DNA of 64,000 nt from Felis catus. Its lineage: Eukaryota. The DNA lies in contig NC_058383.1 in assembly GCF_018350175.1 (NCBI RefSeq), positions 22,756,001-22,820,000 on the forward strand. The letters run 5' to 3'. A model generated the notes under the pieces. That model saw nothing but the letters and a program-made list of their open reading frames with translations. It made no database searches and was not told where the DNA came from. The position numbers and the translations under genes are program-made. Of this stretch, positions 1 through 12,092 are shown piece by piece (position 1 is the stretch's first letter; each line of letters starts with the position of its first letter).

Positions 1-920
1 AAGGTTAGGTTGTGTATCTGAGATCTTTCTTCCTTCTTTAGGAAGGCCTGGTATACTTTCCTCTTATGCTATATACTTTCCTCTTATGACTTCCTTTGCT
101 GCATCCCAGAGGTTTTGGGTGGTGGTGTTATCATTTTCAGTGACTTCCATATACTTTTTAATTTCCTCCTTAACTGCTTAGTTAGCCCATTCATTCTTTA
201 GTAGGATGTTCTTCAATCTCCAAGTATTTGTTACCTTTCCAAATTTTTTCTTGTGGTTGATTTTGAGTTTCATAGCATTGTGGTCTGAAAATATGCATGG
301 TATAATCTCGATCTTTTTGTACTTACTTAGGGCTGATTTGTTTCCCAGTATATGGTGTATTCTGGACAATGTTCCATGTGCAGTGGAAAAGAATATATAT
401 TCTGCTGCTTCAGGATGAAATGTTCTGAATATATCTGTTAAGTCCATCTGGTCCAGTGTGTTTCCTTGTTGATTTTTTTGATTAGATGATATTTCCATTG
501 CTGTGAGTGGGGTGTTGAAGTCTCCTACTATTATGATATTACTATCGATGAGTTTCTTTATGTTTGTGATTAATTGATTTATATGGGTGCTCACAATTGT
601 TAGGTCTTCTTGGTAGATAGACCCCTTAATTATGATATAATGCCTTTCCTCATCTCTTGATACAATATTTTAAAGTCTAGATTGTCTGATATAATTATGG
701 CTACCACCGCTTTCTTTTGTTGACCATTAGCATGATAGATGGTTCTCCATCCCCTTATTTTCAATCCGAAGGGGTCTTTAGGTCTAAAGCGGGTCTCTTA
801 TAAACAGCATACAGATGGATCTTGTTTTCTTATCCATTCTGTTGCCCTATGTCTTTTGATTGGATTATTGAGTCCATTGACGTTTCAAGTGAGTACTGAA
901 AGATATGAATTTATTGCCAT
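1..920 (-). pseudogene. Disrupted L1 ORF2p N-terminus (endonuclease domain)
   Basis: ATG at 920, early in-frame TGA. ORF 178-594 carries GDFNTPL, LDQMDLTDIFRTFHP and SDHNAMKL. Confidence 0.88.
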
Positions 921-990
921 TATGATGCTTGTAGAGTTGGAGTTTCTGGTGGTGTTCTCTGGTCCTTTCTAATCTTTGCTGCTTTTGGTA

Positions 991-1028
<38 letters not shown>

Positions 1029-1042
1029 CATCTTTTCTCCCC

Positions 1043-2170
1043 TCAGAGAGTCTCCCTTAAAATTTCTTGCAGGGCTGGTTTAGTGGTCACAAACTCCTTT
1101 AATTTTTGTTTGTCTGGGAAACTTTTTATGTCTCCTTTTTTGAATGTGAATGATAGCCTTGCTGGATAAAGAATTCTTGGCTGCATATTTATCTGATTCA
1201 GCACATTGAATATATCCCACCACTCCTTTCTGGCCTGCCAAGTTTCTGCGGATAGGTCTGCTGCAAACCTGATCTGTCTTCCCTTGTAGGTTAAGGACTT
1301 TTTTTTCCCTTGCTGCTTTCATGATTCTTTTCTTGCCTGAGTATTTTGTGAATTTGACTATGATATGCCTTGTTGATGGTCAGTTTTTGTTGAATCTAAT
1401 GTGGGTCCTCTGTGCTTCCTGGATTTTGATGTCTGTGTCTTTCCCCAGGTTAGGAAAGTTTTCTGCTATGATTTGCTCACCTAACCCTTCTACCCCTATT
1501 TCTCTCTCCTCTTCTGGGACACCTATGATTCTGATTTTGTTCCTTTTTTATGAGTCACTGATTTCTCTAATTCTTTTATTATTATTATTATTATTATTTA
1601 ACATTTTTATTTGTTTTGAGACAGAGAGAGACAGAGCATGAACAGGGGAGGGGCAGAGAGAGAGGGAGACACAGAATCCAAAGCAGGCTCCAGGCTCTGA
1701 GCTGTCAGCACGGAGCCCGACGCGGGGCTCGAACTCACGGACCGCGAGATCATGACCTGGGCCGAAGTTGAACGCCCAACCGACTGAGCCACCCAGGCAC
1801 CCCATGATTTTTCTAATTCTTAAATCGTGCTCTTTTGCCTTAATCTCCCTCTTTTTTTCTGCTTCATTATTCTCTATAAGTTTGTCCTCTATATCGCTGA
1901 TTTTCTGTTCTGCCTCATCCATTCTTGCCACTGCTGCATCCATCTGTGATTGCAGCTCAGTTATAGCATTTTTAATTTCATTCTGACTATTTTTACTTCT
2001 TTTATCTCTGCAGAAAGGGACTCTAGTCTATTTTCAACTCCAGCTAGTATTCTTATTATCGTGATTCTAAATTCTGGTTCAGACATCTTGCTTGTATCTG
2101 TGTTGGTTAAATCCCTGGCTGTTGTTTCTTCGTGCTCTTTCTTTTGGTGTGAATTCCTTCGTTTTGACAT
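1043..2170 (-). pseudogene. Disrupted L1 ORF1p
   Basis: Fragments in several frames (1961-2170, 1805-1943, 1080-1322) read as ORF1p coiled-coil and C-terminal regions. Interrupted by a SINE at 1576-1804. Confidence 0.85.
1576..1804 (-). mobile_element. CanSINE (SINEC_Fc-like) inserted in L1 ORF1
   Basis: tRNA-derived head, (CT)n linker and A-rich tail. 17-bp TSD TGATTT(C/T)TCTAATTCTT at 1559-1575 and 1805-1821. Confidence 0.95.
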
Positions 2171-2240
2171 TTTGAAGGGAGAAAAGAAATTAAAGAGGTA
2201 GAAAAACTTAAAATTAAAAAAATTAAAATTAAAAAACTAA

Positions 2241-2271
<31 letters not shown>

Positions 2272-2362
2272 CTGATAAATGATGTTAGATCCTAGGTGTG
2301 TTTTGGTCTGGGTGTTGAAAGTGGTTTGACAGGTTAGAGAAAAAAGTGGGGGGTGGGAAAGG

Positions 2363-2955
2363 AAATCATTTGAGACTTTGAAAAAATGAATACACTGAAG
2401 TAGACTGAAATGAGATGATGGGAGTAAAATAGAATTTGAAAAAATGTACACAAAAGTAAAGAATACAGTAGGAAAACTAAAGAGAAATATTTTTAATAAA
2501 AATTAAAAATAAAAATGAAGTTTTTAATCTTTCTGATCCAAGAAAAAGAAATGAAAAAGAGAAAAAAAATCGTTTGAAAATTTGAAAAAGTGAATACACT
2601 GTAGTAGACTAAAATAAAATGATGGAAGTAAAATGGAATTTGAAAAAATTTACATAAAAGCAAAAAATATAGTAAAAAATTAAAAATATTTTTAATAGAA
2701 ATTGAAAATAAAAATGAAGTTTTTCACTTTCTGCATTCAAGAAAAGTAAAAGAAAAAAGAAAAAAACCAAGGAAATCGTTTGAAAATTTGAAAAGTTGAA
2801 TACACTGAAGTAGACTAAAATAGAATGATGGAACTAAGGTAGAATTTGAAAAAATTTACACAAAAGTAAAAAATATAGTAAAAAAAATAAAAATATTTTT
2901 AATAAAAATTGAAAATAAAAATCAATTTTTCCTCTTTCTGTATTCCAGAAAAAGA
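2363..2955. repeat. Three tandem ~205-bp AT-rich units inside the L1 5'UTR
   Basis: Units start AAATC(A/G)TTTGA at 2363, 2567 and 2773. Each contains TGAATACACTG(A/T)AGTAGACT and AATATTTTTAATA. Confidence 0.9.
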
Positions 2956-4682
2956 ATAGTGTAAAAGAGGGAAAAAAAAGAAAATTGAATAGATGGACCT
3001 GCTAACACATTGAAATAGGACTGAAATTACTTCATTTTCCCCTAGTAGTCGGACTATGTAGTGCTTTATAGTCCATGAACTAAGTAGGCAGTGAGACTTG
3101 TGTTCTTGAAGAACAGGTTCGCCCAGTTGGGCGGGGCTCAGTGTAACAGCTCCATTTTCCACTAGGTGGCGCTGCTAGCCTACTGGAGTGGATTGTTGCA
3201 GTGCTTGTAGGTGTGTATGCGCACGCGCGGGAGCGGTGAAAATGGTGGCACCCAGCTACCCAATCTCTAGTATGGTAACTGTTCTCTCGGAGCAGCAACT
3301 GTGCACCCATCCTCTGTCTTCAGCTTTCTTCCACTCCCCGCCTCTTCACTGAACATGATCAAGACCCAGGCAGTACCTCTCTCCCGAGTTTTGTCTCAGG
3401 TGCGGCTGTTTCCCCCGGCCCCTTACTTCCGAAGGACTGTGGCTTTGGCCCACTCCACCCCTCTGTGGGAGGGTCTCACTGAGCAATGGCCAAATAAGCA
3501 ATGGCCGAAAGTCGGCTGCACCCAGGAACGCTTGCCACACCCTGCTGCTGCTGGTGCCCCAAGACTGCGGCCAGGTGCCAACCCGCCCCAGAAAAAGTTT
3601 GCAAGGGAGTGTAGCAGCAGCGTTTCAGGGATTATGGAAAATCACAACTCACATCTGGCACCAGGCTTCACACTTAACCACCTTGTTCCAGCACCAGCGA
3701 ATGTGGCCGTTTTCTGGGATCTGCTGAGACCAGGTGGCTTCAATAGTCTCTACCAAATGTCCTTCCAGCAGTGGAACTGCTTTTCCCGTTGGCCCGAGAA
3801 CCTCCCGGACCCCACTCTGTTCCTGGGGATTCGCCTTTCCCATCAGAGCACTGCCAGGTATTGAGATGGGGAGTTGCAGCCTTTGAGCTCCCCTTGTTTA
3901 CAGTCTTAATGGAATTTAAACCCTCTCTCCTTTCTCCCTTTTTAGTTTAGTCTCTGTGGCTGTTTCCAATTTTCCACTTTCTCTCTAGCTGCTTTTGGGG
4001 AGGGGTGCTTTTCCCATATTCTGTCCGCCTCCCCAGTCTCCATCCTCTCTCTGCCTGCAAAAGCTGTTTCCTACCCTCAGCGGCTTCTCGCTCCCCAAAT
4101 TCTCTTCTCCATGTATTGTATCTGCTGAATTCTGTGGTTCAGGTTGTGCAGATTGTTGCGTTAATCCTCCAATCAGTTTTCTAGGTGTGTAGGATGGTTT
4201 AGTGTTGGTCTGGCTGTATTTCATGGACACGAGACACACAAAGAACTTACATGCTCTTCCACTATCTTGGTTCCTCTCCCTATGTAACTGTTTTCTAACC
4301 AATAATTGCCATGGTTGTTTATGCTCAAGGTCTTGTTTAAATGGATTCAGTCCTCACTTAGACTTTTCAGCCCATGTCTTCCCCATTTGTTAATTCTTGG
4401 AGGCTTCTCTTCATGACCAGGAGTCTATTTTCAATCAGAATTTTTCCCCCTCAGGAAGGGCACGGGGATTATAGGTATATCCTCAGTGTTTATGGAGTAA
4501 AGAATGTCTTTCTATTGCTTTTACATGTAGATAACAGTAACTGCTTTTGGATCACACTTTTTCCTTTAGAATTTAAGAAACCTTGCTTTTTTATCTTTTG
4601 CTAACTATATTTTGCTGATTAAGTATCAGACTGGTCTGCTTTTTTGTTTTTGTTTTTGTTTATTTTCCTTGAATAGTTAAAA

Positions 4683-4886
4683 TAGGGGTCAGCAAGCATT
4701 TTCTCTAAAGGGCCAGGTAGTAAGTATTTTGGGTTCTCTGGGTTATCTGGTCTCTTTCATCGATACTTAACTCTGTAGTTGTAGTGTGAAAGCCTGTGTG
4801 ATAATCAAAACCTGTGTTCCCATCAACGTTTATGATGAAACCAAGTGCTGATTTGGCCTGCTGGCTCATAATTTGCTGACTTCTGG
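4683..4886 (+). mobile_element. MER58-like hAT-Charlie DNA transposon relic
   Basis: Ends TAGGGGTCAGCAAGCATTTTCTCTAAAGGGCCAG ... TTTGCTGACTTCTG, with imperfect terminal inverted repeats. Confidence 0.7.
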
Positions 4887-5015
4887 CCTACACGATTCTC
4901 TTTTGCCTTACAGTTTAGTTACTTCACTAGATTATTTTTCAGTTTGGGAAAAATATTTTTCTGGAACAAAGTGTGAGCTCTCTTTATTTGCCGATCCATG
5001 TCTTTCTCCATTTTC

Positions 5016-5053
<38 letters not shown>

Positions 5054-5245
5054 TTTGTTTATTTTTGATAGAGACAGAGCACAAGTGGGGGAGGGGCAGA
5101 GAGAGAGGGAGACAGAGAATCTGAAGCAGGCTCCAGGCTCTGAGCTGTCAGCACAGAGCCCGATGTGGGACTGGAACTCAGGACTGTGAGATCATGACTC
5201 GAGCTTAAGTTGGACGTTTAACCCACTGAGCCACCCAGGCACCCC
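5016..5245 (-). mobile_element. CanSINE with (TA)n-converted tail
   Basis: SINE body ends ...CCACCCAGGCACCCC; (TA)n tail from about 5016. Confidence 0.9.
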
Positions 5246-6768
5246 AATCCTCTACTTTTTTATCCTTTCTCTGCTTGTTCTTGAAGTGCTCACTTGATAT
5301 GCCTTCTGCAGGCTCTGTTCCTTTTCTTTTTCCCCCTCCTTGTGGTACTTTTACATAGGTCATATTGTGGAGTTTTTCAATTTGTTTTTGTTTCTGCTTA
5401 TTCATATTTATATGTGGTTACTGTTTTCCAGGCTTGCTCTTTACTGAAAAATAATGTGTGTGGGATCTCCTTGGAAGCCCCTCCTTGTTTACCTGGACTT
5501 TGTTGAGAACTTTCCTCTTGCCCTTGATTTAAAGGCTATATTCTGTGTTGTGCTCTTCAGTTTCCTAAAGAGAATGGATTCAGTACTTTTCTCCAGCCTT
5601 TTCATTTAGTGTCTTACCCATTTGTCAGTTCTCTGTCTGGGGTCTTTTTCTCACTACCAGAATCCTAGGGCTGGAGTTGGGTTTGGAAAGTCACCACCTG
5701 GCAGCTTTGTCCCTCACGTTTTCTCATGAGTTTGTTGCAGCCACAGACCCACGGAGCTCACGTATGTGGTGGGGTGTACATCTAGTTAGGTGGGATGCTC
5801 CTGACAAGTAGGAATGGACTTGGAAGGTGGAAGCTCCGTGAATGGGAGTGGTTTTCCTTTCCTTCCTTCCTACTTGGAGTTGGATAGTGCCCCAGTTTAG
5901 ATGATGCCCTCTGGGTCAGGATTATGGGCTTTGGTAGTGAGGCAAGCTAGTTTTGACTGCTTTTGTTCACAGATTTAAATCAGGCTTGATTCCAGACCCG
6001 TCCTTTGTGGGCAGGATGGATTCAGAAGGGGGAAATGGCACTTTTCAGCCACGCTGGGCTGAGGTGGAAGTAAGCCTCCTCCCCTAGCCTGGCGCAGAAC
6101 CCCCTTTGGTCCATGTCTTCACCTCTTCCCGCCATTGCTCAGCTGCTCCATGCTGGCATTCCGAGTGCTCCCACATCCCCACTCACCTTGGACCAATGTG
6201 ACTGACTATCTGACACTTTCTCTGAAGTTCCACAGTACACATTTTCTCCTGGCCTCAACACATCTGGAATGGTGTTGGGTTTTTCTCTGGGTAGTGAATT
6301 TTGGTGAGCATCGGGAATGTTTCCCCGCCCCCGCCCCCCCCCCAAAGTAATGTGCTCTTTCCTCAGTGATCTTTCATGGAAGGCCAAGGTGGCTTTTTTT
6401 TCCTGACAGTTTTTAAAGGGAGATCTGCTAAATTAGTACATCTCCAGCATGTTCCCCCTTTCCATCTCTCTGCTTCGAGTGACAAGTTCACATGCCTAGT
6501 TTATTTTACGACAGCCAACCGATGAATTCAGTTAAATTGAAGCAACTTTTTATAACACAGTTTTACATGTAGCAGGAAGATTCATTTATCTCAGGGATCT
6601 TAGGAAAATAATAAGCATTTTAAGGGCAAATGGCCATCTTCTAACTCCTAGATTCCCGCCCAACAAAGTGAGTTCCACTGACATATTTCCCAAGTCCAGC
6701 TGGGTTATCGTCACAATAGTTGCTGTCACAGATTTTCCTTCTCAGCAGATTTAAAAGGTTGGATGCCT

Positions 6769-6937
6769 GGGGCACCTGGGGGGCTCAGTCGATTAAGTGT
6801 CCGACTTTGACTCAGGTCATGAGTCACAGCTGGTGAGTTCTAGCCCCGTATCTGGCTCTGTGCTGACAGCTCAGAAGCCTGGAGCCTGCTTCGGATTGTG
6901 TCTCCGTCTTTCTGTCTTCCCTCCCTGACACATGCTT

Positions 6938-6980
<43 letters not shown>

Positions 6981-7010
6981 AATAAATAAACATAAAAAAA
7001 TAAATAAAAA
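6769..7010 (+). mobile_element. CanSINE
   Basis: GGGGCACCTGGG head, (CT)n, AATAAA tail; TSD AAAA(G)GTTGGAT(G/A)CCT. Confidence 0.92.
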
Positions 7011-7763
7011 GTTGGATACCTGTTTGTGCCGTTAAAAATTTCTTCTTTTTTAATTTCATTGAGACCGTGGCGTGTGAGTTTTGGCCAGAAGGGGGCAGAC
7101 GAGCGCCAGCGGTGCTGCTGTGTGTGGAGGGGCTGCCCTGAGGCTGCCTCCCTGGCTTTTCAGCAGTCAGCCTGGAAGCAAGTCTTCCATTTAGTCATTT
7201 CCTCTGCCCTCAGGAAAGTATGTAAGAAACTACTTGATATTAATACCATAATTTGGCTCCTAGAGCCCTTCGCTATGTGTGGAATGCTGATATTTACCCA
7301 ATTATTTACTTATTCCTCAAACCACCAAATATGTGAACATTTAGGGCTTGAGTTTGTTTGCTGCTTTACCGTTCCTATCGGGTGTGATTCAAAGGAGGAA
7401 TTTCGAAAGGGCAACTCACTTCTAAATATTATTTTAAAATACTAATTCTGTGAGGAGCAGTAGGGAATGCAAAGATGAATAAGATAAGGTTGCTGTCTTC
7501 AAGGACCTTGCAGCTTCGTTAAGGGTGAGGCTGAGAGAACAAGTACACGATTTCATTATAGGATGGAATGTGAAAATTGCCTTAGCCCTTTCTCAGGATG
7601 AAGGGAAAGATGACAACATTGAGGAAGCTTTTCTGAAAGAGCCAATATATGTGCAGAACTTTGAAATTTAGGTGAATTAAAATTTTTTAGAAAATTGTCT
7701 CTGATTATAAAAGTAATACATATACAGGTTACTGAAAATTGGAAAGATATACACAAATATAAA

Positions 7764-7964
7764 TTTTTTTTACATACATTTATTTTTGAGAGACAGAGCA
7801 CAAGTGGGGGAGAGGCAGAGAGAGAAGGAGACACAGAATCTGAAGCACGCTCCAGGCTCTGAGCTGTCAGCACAGAGCCTGGCGCGGGGCTCGAACTCAC
7901 GAACTGTGAGATCATGACCTGAGCCGAAGTTGGACGCTTAACCAACTGAGCCCCCAGGCACCCC
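7764..7964 (-). mobile_element. CanSINE
   Basis: SINE body; TSD GATATACACAAATA at 7746 and 7965. Confidence 0.92.
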
Positions 7965-8034
7965 GATATACACAAATACAAAACAAAATGATTTACCAGT
8001 GAACTCACCACAAGAGATGACTATTAGTATTTTC

Positions 8035-8601
8035 TGATGAGGTTTTTGGGGTGATGATGGGGTGGTCCATAGCTGACGACCAAGAAAGAATTCTTGAAGA
8101 CATCTTAAGACTCCCAGGGTAGTGGAGGCCTAGCTATTGTCAAGCTAGGGTTGTTTTGCCTCTAGCAAAGTATTAGCATTAAGACATAGGGAGTTCCTGG
8201 AGAAAAGTTTTACTCTGCCTGCCTGAAGTATCTCTCAATAGGCTTATCAGGTTATAAGGAAATTGAGTTCTATCTGCCATTTCCTTCTGCCTTTGTTTCC
8301 CACATAACTATGGAGGGATGATGTTGGGGCTCTAGGAAATGGAGTTTATAGGTGTCTGGAGATTAGGCTATTGATGAGATTGCCTTTTTCTTGTGATTTA
8401 CTAAGTTACTTGTGAATAGCTGGAGACTTAGGTCCTGCAGGACTATGATCTCTATCAGTTAACCATTTGTTTTTCCCCTTTTCTTTGTTGGGCAGCCAGG
8501 AGTGCCCAAGGAATATCACACATACCCCACTGGGGGTCGGGTGGGAGGGTGTTTGTGGAGGGTGTCTGCCGCCTGGCAGCTTGTTTTATGCTCCCTCCTC
8601 A
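8035..8601. mobile_element. Solo LTR, probably carnivore ERV1 class
   Basis: Begins TG (TGATGAGG) and ends CA (CCTCCTCA), with a 4-bp TSD TTTC at 8031-8034 and 8602-8605. Resembles carnivore LTRs (GACCAAGAAAGAATTCTTGA). Confidence 0.75.
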
Positions 8602-8621
8602 TTTCCTTCCAGTTTTTTTTC

Positions 8622-8657
<36 letters not shown>

Positions 8658-8840
8658 CTGTATTTTTTAAGGTAAGTATATACATTGAGTATATACTTTG
8701 TATGTTGTTTTTCCCCCAGTGAGCACTGTAGCATAAGCCTTTCCCCCTGGGTGAAGGATTTTGACAGGCGAGGAGAAACAATTGTGGCAGAGAGAACAAC
8801 ATACACATGAGTGGTGTAGAGCTGGGAATCCTAGTCCGTT

Positions 8841-9088
8841 GTATTTTATTTATTTTTTATTTTTAATTAAAAAAATTTTTTTTCAACGTTTTTATTTATT
8901 TTTGGGACAGAGAGAGACAGAACATGAACGGGGGAGGGGCAGAGAGAGAGGGAGACACAGAATCGGAAACAGGCTCCAGGCTTTGAGCCATCAGCCCAGA
9001 GCCTGATGCGGGGCTCGAACTCACGGATCGCGAGATCGTGACCTGGCTGAAGTCGGACGCTTAACCGACTGCGCCCCCCAGGCGCCCC
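8841..9088 (-). mobile_element. Young felid-type CanSINE
   Basis: CpG-rich body; TSD CCTAGTCCGTT at 8830-8840 and 9089-9099. Confidence 0.95.
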
Positions 9089-9920
9089 CCTAGTCCGTTT
9101 TAATGGAGTGAATGTTGGGAAATGGTTAGAGATGAGGCTGGACAAGAGAGTTGGGGACAGAGCATAGTTTGCCTTGAACAGACTAAAGAGTCGATATTCA
9201 GAGAATTTGTAGTAAGTCTGCTGATGAGTGTGGCCGAGTGAGTGGGAGTGTTGACTTGGGAGATGGACAGGCCAGTTTTGAAATCTTTGGGCTGCTGCCT
9301 CTTAGCAATGAGACCTCAGTTTCCTTCTCAGTAAAGTGGGTACCATACATGCACCCTACGATTCCTAGGCTCCTGGTTCCTGGGGAGGCACTAGGTGAAC
9401 ATTATTCCTTTCTCTTGGATCCCCCCTTCAAGACTTGAGGGCTCTCACAGTAGCCCAAAGGGAATAATTCCTAAGAGGCCAATCAGGAATTCGTGAAGGT
9501 TCTATTTGAATGAGAGCAGCAGCAGATTTCTGAAAAGCCGTGTAGCTCAGCAGATGGAGCTAAACTACAAATTGGAAGTCCAGACCCACAAATGACTTTA
9601 TTGGTTCCATTTTTCTTCTTCTTGAATTCAGTTAAAATTTGTTCCCGTCACCTACGGTGTTGGAAAAATTAAATAGTACTGGAGGTCTTATTGGGGAAGA
9701 TAACACTGTTTTCCTCTACCACCTCATTCCCCAGTCCTGACCCCAGGAGATCACTTTAAATCTCAGAGCTGTTTTCTGTGGTATTCCACTTTATATTTCC
9801 ACATAATACATATTTTATTTCTTTGTATATTAATTTTAGAAACTGTCGGCTTACTATTGTTACAGCTAAGGATTTTGCTTTCATATGACTCCTTTCTCCC
9901 CATTCTCCTCTTTTACCACT

Positions 9921-10130
9921 GTTTTTTGGTTTAATTTTTTTAATCTTTATTTTTGAGAGAGAGGGAGTGAGAGAACAAGTGGGGGAGGGGCAGAAAGAGA
10001 GGCAGAGAGGGAATTCCAAGCTGTCAGTGTGGAGCCTGATGTAGGGCTGTGGGGCTCCAGTCCCCAAACCATGAGATCATGGCCTGAGCTGAAGTTGGAC
10101 ACTCAGCCGACTGAGCCACCCAGGTGTCCC
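9921..10130 (-). mobile_element. CanSINE
   Basis: SINE head and AG-rich linker on the reverse strand. Confidence 0.85.
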
Positions 10131-10274
10131 TATACCATCGTTTTTAATTGAATTAATAAATAGTGTTTCTATTATCACAACTTTATAATAAACTCAGTTC
10201 ATTTTTGCAGAGTCAGATCAGGCACTAGATTTTAATTCCTTTCCTATCCAACTTCATTTTATGCTTAAGTTTCT

Positions 10275-10341
10275 TGTTCGTTCGTTCTTTCTTTCTTTCT
10301 CTCTCTCTCTCTCTTTCTTTCTCTCTCTCTCTCTCTTTCTT

Positions 10342-10390
<49 letters not shown>

Positions 10391-10433
10391 CTCTCTCTCT
10401 CTCTTTTCTTTCTTTCTCTCTTTCTCTCTCTTT

Positions 10434-10482
<49 letters not shown>

Positions 10483-10551
10483 TCTGAGATCAAGACCTGA
10501 GCTGAGATTCAGAGTCAGACGTTTAACCAAATGAGCCACCCAAGCACCCCT
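10275..10551 (-). mobile_element. Truncated CanSINE with a 195-nt (CT/CTTT)n tract
   Basis: SINE head at 10480-10551; pure pyrimidine run 10285-10479; flanking direct repeat CTTAAGTTTCT. Confidence 0.85.
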
Positions 10552-10593
10552 GTCCTTAAGTTTCTGATCGCCATTTTATTCCCTCTCATTCTT

Positions 10594-10613
10594 TTTTTTA
10601 ATGAAAGACTTTT

Positions 10614-10649
<36 letters not shown>

Positions 10650-11101
10650 TTTTTTATTTTATTATTTTTTTAATGTTTATTTATTTTTGAGACAGAGAGA
10701 GACAGAGCATGAATGGGGGGAGGGTCAGAGAGAGGGAGACACAGAATCTGAAACAGGCTCCAGGCTCTGAGCTGTCAGCACAGAGCCTGACGCGGGACTC
10801 GAACTCACAGACTGCGAGATCATGACCTGAGCTGCAGTTGGCTGCTTAACCGACTGAGCCACCCAGGTGCCCTAAGACTTTTATTTTTAAATATATATTT
10901 AAAGTTTATTTATTTTTGAGACAGACAGAAACAGAGACAGAGAAAGCACATGAGCAGGAGAGGGGCAGAGGGAGAGGGAGAGGGAGAATCCCAAGCAGGC
11001 TCTGGGCCCGATGCAGGGCTTAATCCCACGAACTGTGAGATAATGACCTGAGCTGAAACCAAGAGTCAGATGCTTAACCAACAGAGCCACCCAGGCACCC
11101 C
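10594..11101 (-). mobile_element. Two nested CanSINEs (inner ~10612-10873 in the tail of the outer)
   Basis: Two SINE bodies; outer TSD ATTCCCTCTCATTCTT, inner TSD AAGACTTTT. Confidence 0.9.
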
Positions 11102-11117
11102 ATTCCCTCTCATTCTT

Positions 11118-12092
11118 TTTTTTTTTTTGAAGTTTATTTTTTAATACTTATTTATTATTTATTTATTTTTGAGGTTTACTTTTTTATTTAATTTTTAAAA
11201 TTTACATTCAAGTTAGCATATAATGCAACAATGATTTCAGGAGTAGATTCCTTAATGCCCCTTACCCATTTAGCCCATCCCCCCTTCCACCACCCCTCCA
11301 GCAACCCTCAGTTTGTTCTCCATATTGAAGAGTCTCTTATGTTTTGTCCCCCTCCCTGTTTTTGTATTATTTTTGCTTCCCTTCCCTTATGTTCATCTGT
11401 TTTGTCTCTTAAAGTCCTCATATGAGTGAAGTCATATGATATTTGTCTTTCTCTGACTTATTTCGCTTAGCATAATACTCTCTAGTTCCATCCACGTAGT
11501 TGCAAATGGCAAGATTTCATTCTTTTTGATTGCTGAGTAATACTCCATTGCGTGTGTGCGTGTGTGTGTATGTGTGTGTGTATACACACACCACATCTTC
11601 TTTATCCATTCATCCATCGATGGACATTTGGGCTCTTTCCATACTGTGGCTATTGTTGATAGTGCTGCTATAAACATGGGGGTGCACGTGTCCCTTCAAA
11701 ACAGCACACCTGTATCCTGTGGATAAATGCCTAGTAGTGCAATGGCTGGGTCGTAGGGTAGTTCTCTTTTTAGTTTTTTGAGGAACCTCCACACTGTTTT
11801 CCAGAGTGGCTGCACCAGCTTGCATTCACACCAACGATGCAAAAGAGATCCTCTTTCTCCGCATCCTCGCCAACATCTGTTGTTGCCTGAGTTGTTACTG
11901 TTAGCCATTCTGACAGGTGTGAGGTGGTATCTCATTGTGGTTTTGATTTGTATTTCCCTGATGATGAGCGATGTTGAGCATTTTCTCATATGTTGGTTGG
12001 CCATCTGGATGTCCTCTTTGGAGAAGTGTCTATTCATGTCTTTTGCCCATTTCTTCACTGGATTATTTGTGTTTTGGGTATTGAGTTTGATA
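11118..12092 (-). mobile_element. 5'-truncated L1 (ORF2 C-terminus and 3'UTR)
   Basis: ORF2 C-terminal peptides [18 protein letters not shown] and [20 protein letters not shown]; A-rich tail; TSD TCCCTCTCATTCTT. Confidence 0.95.

Larger units (their letters stand above)
1..4280 (-). mobile_element. Decayed carnivore/felid LINE-1 with intact 5' end (5'UTR, ORF1, endonuclease part of ORF2); continues off the left edge
   Basis: The minus strand starts GGGAGAGGAACCAAGATAGTGG at 4280, resembling the L1 5' terminus. ORF1 remnant runs MSKRRNSHQKKE... from 2170 to ...KPALQEILRETL* at 1043. ORF2 remnant starts MAINSYLSVLT at 920 and includes the APE endonuclease motifs IIVGDFNTPL and FSDHNAMKL. It has stops, frameshifts and a SINE insertion. 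Confidence 0.95.

Noticed and set aside
52..88. 17-bp direct repeat TATACTTTCCTCTTATG
   Set aside because: A local slippage duplication within dead L1 ORF2; no sign of function.
2363..2955. CRISPR-like or satellite array
   Set aside because: Eukaryotic context; whole units repeat with no unique spacers and lie inside an L1 5'UTR.
1..4280. Active L1
   Set aside because: ORF1 is frameshifted and SINE-interrupted; ORF2 has an early stop and deletions.
10225..10539. ORFs encoding ER/LS repeats
   Set aside because: Translations of a (CT)n microsatellite.
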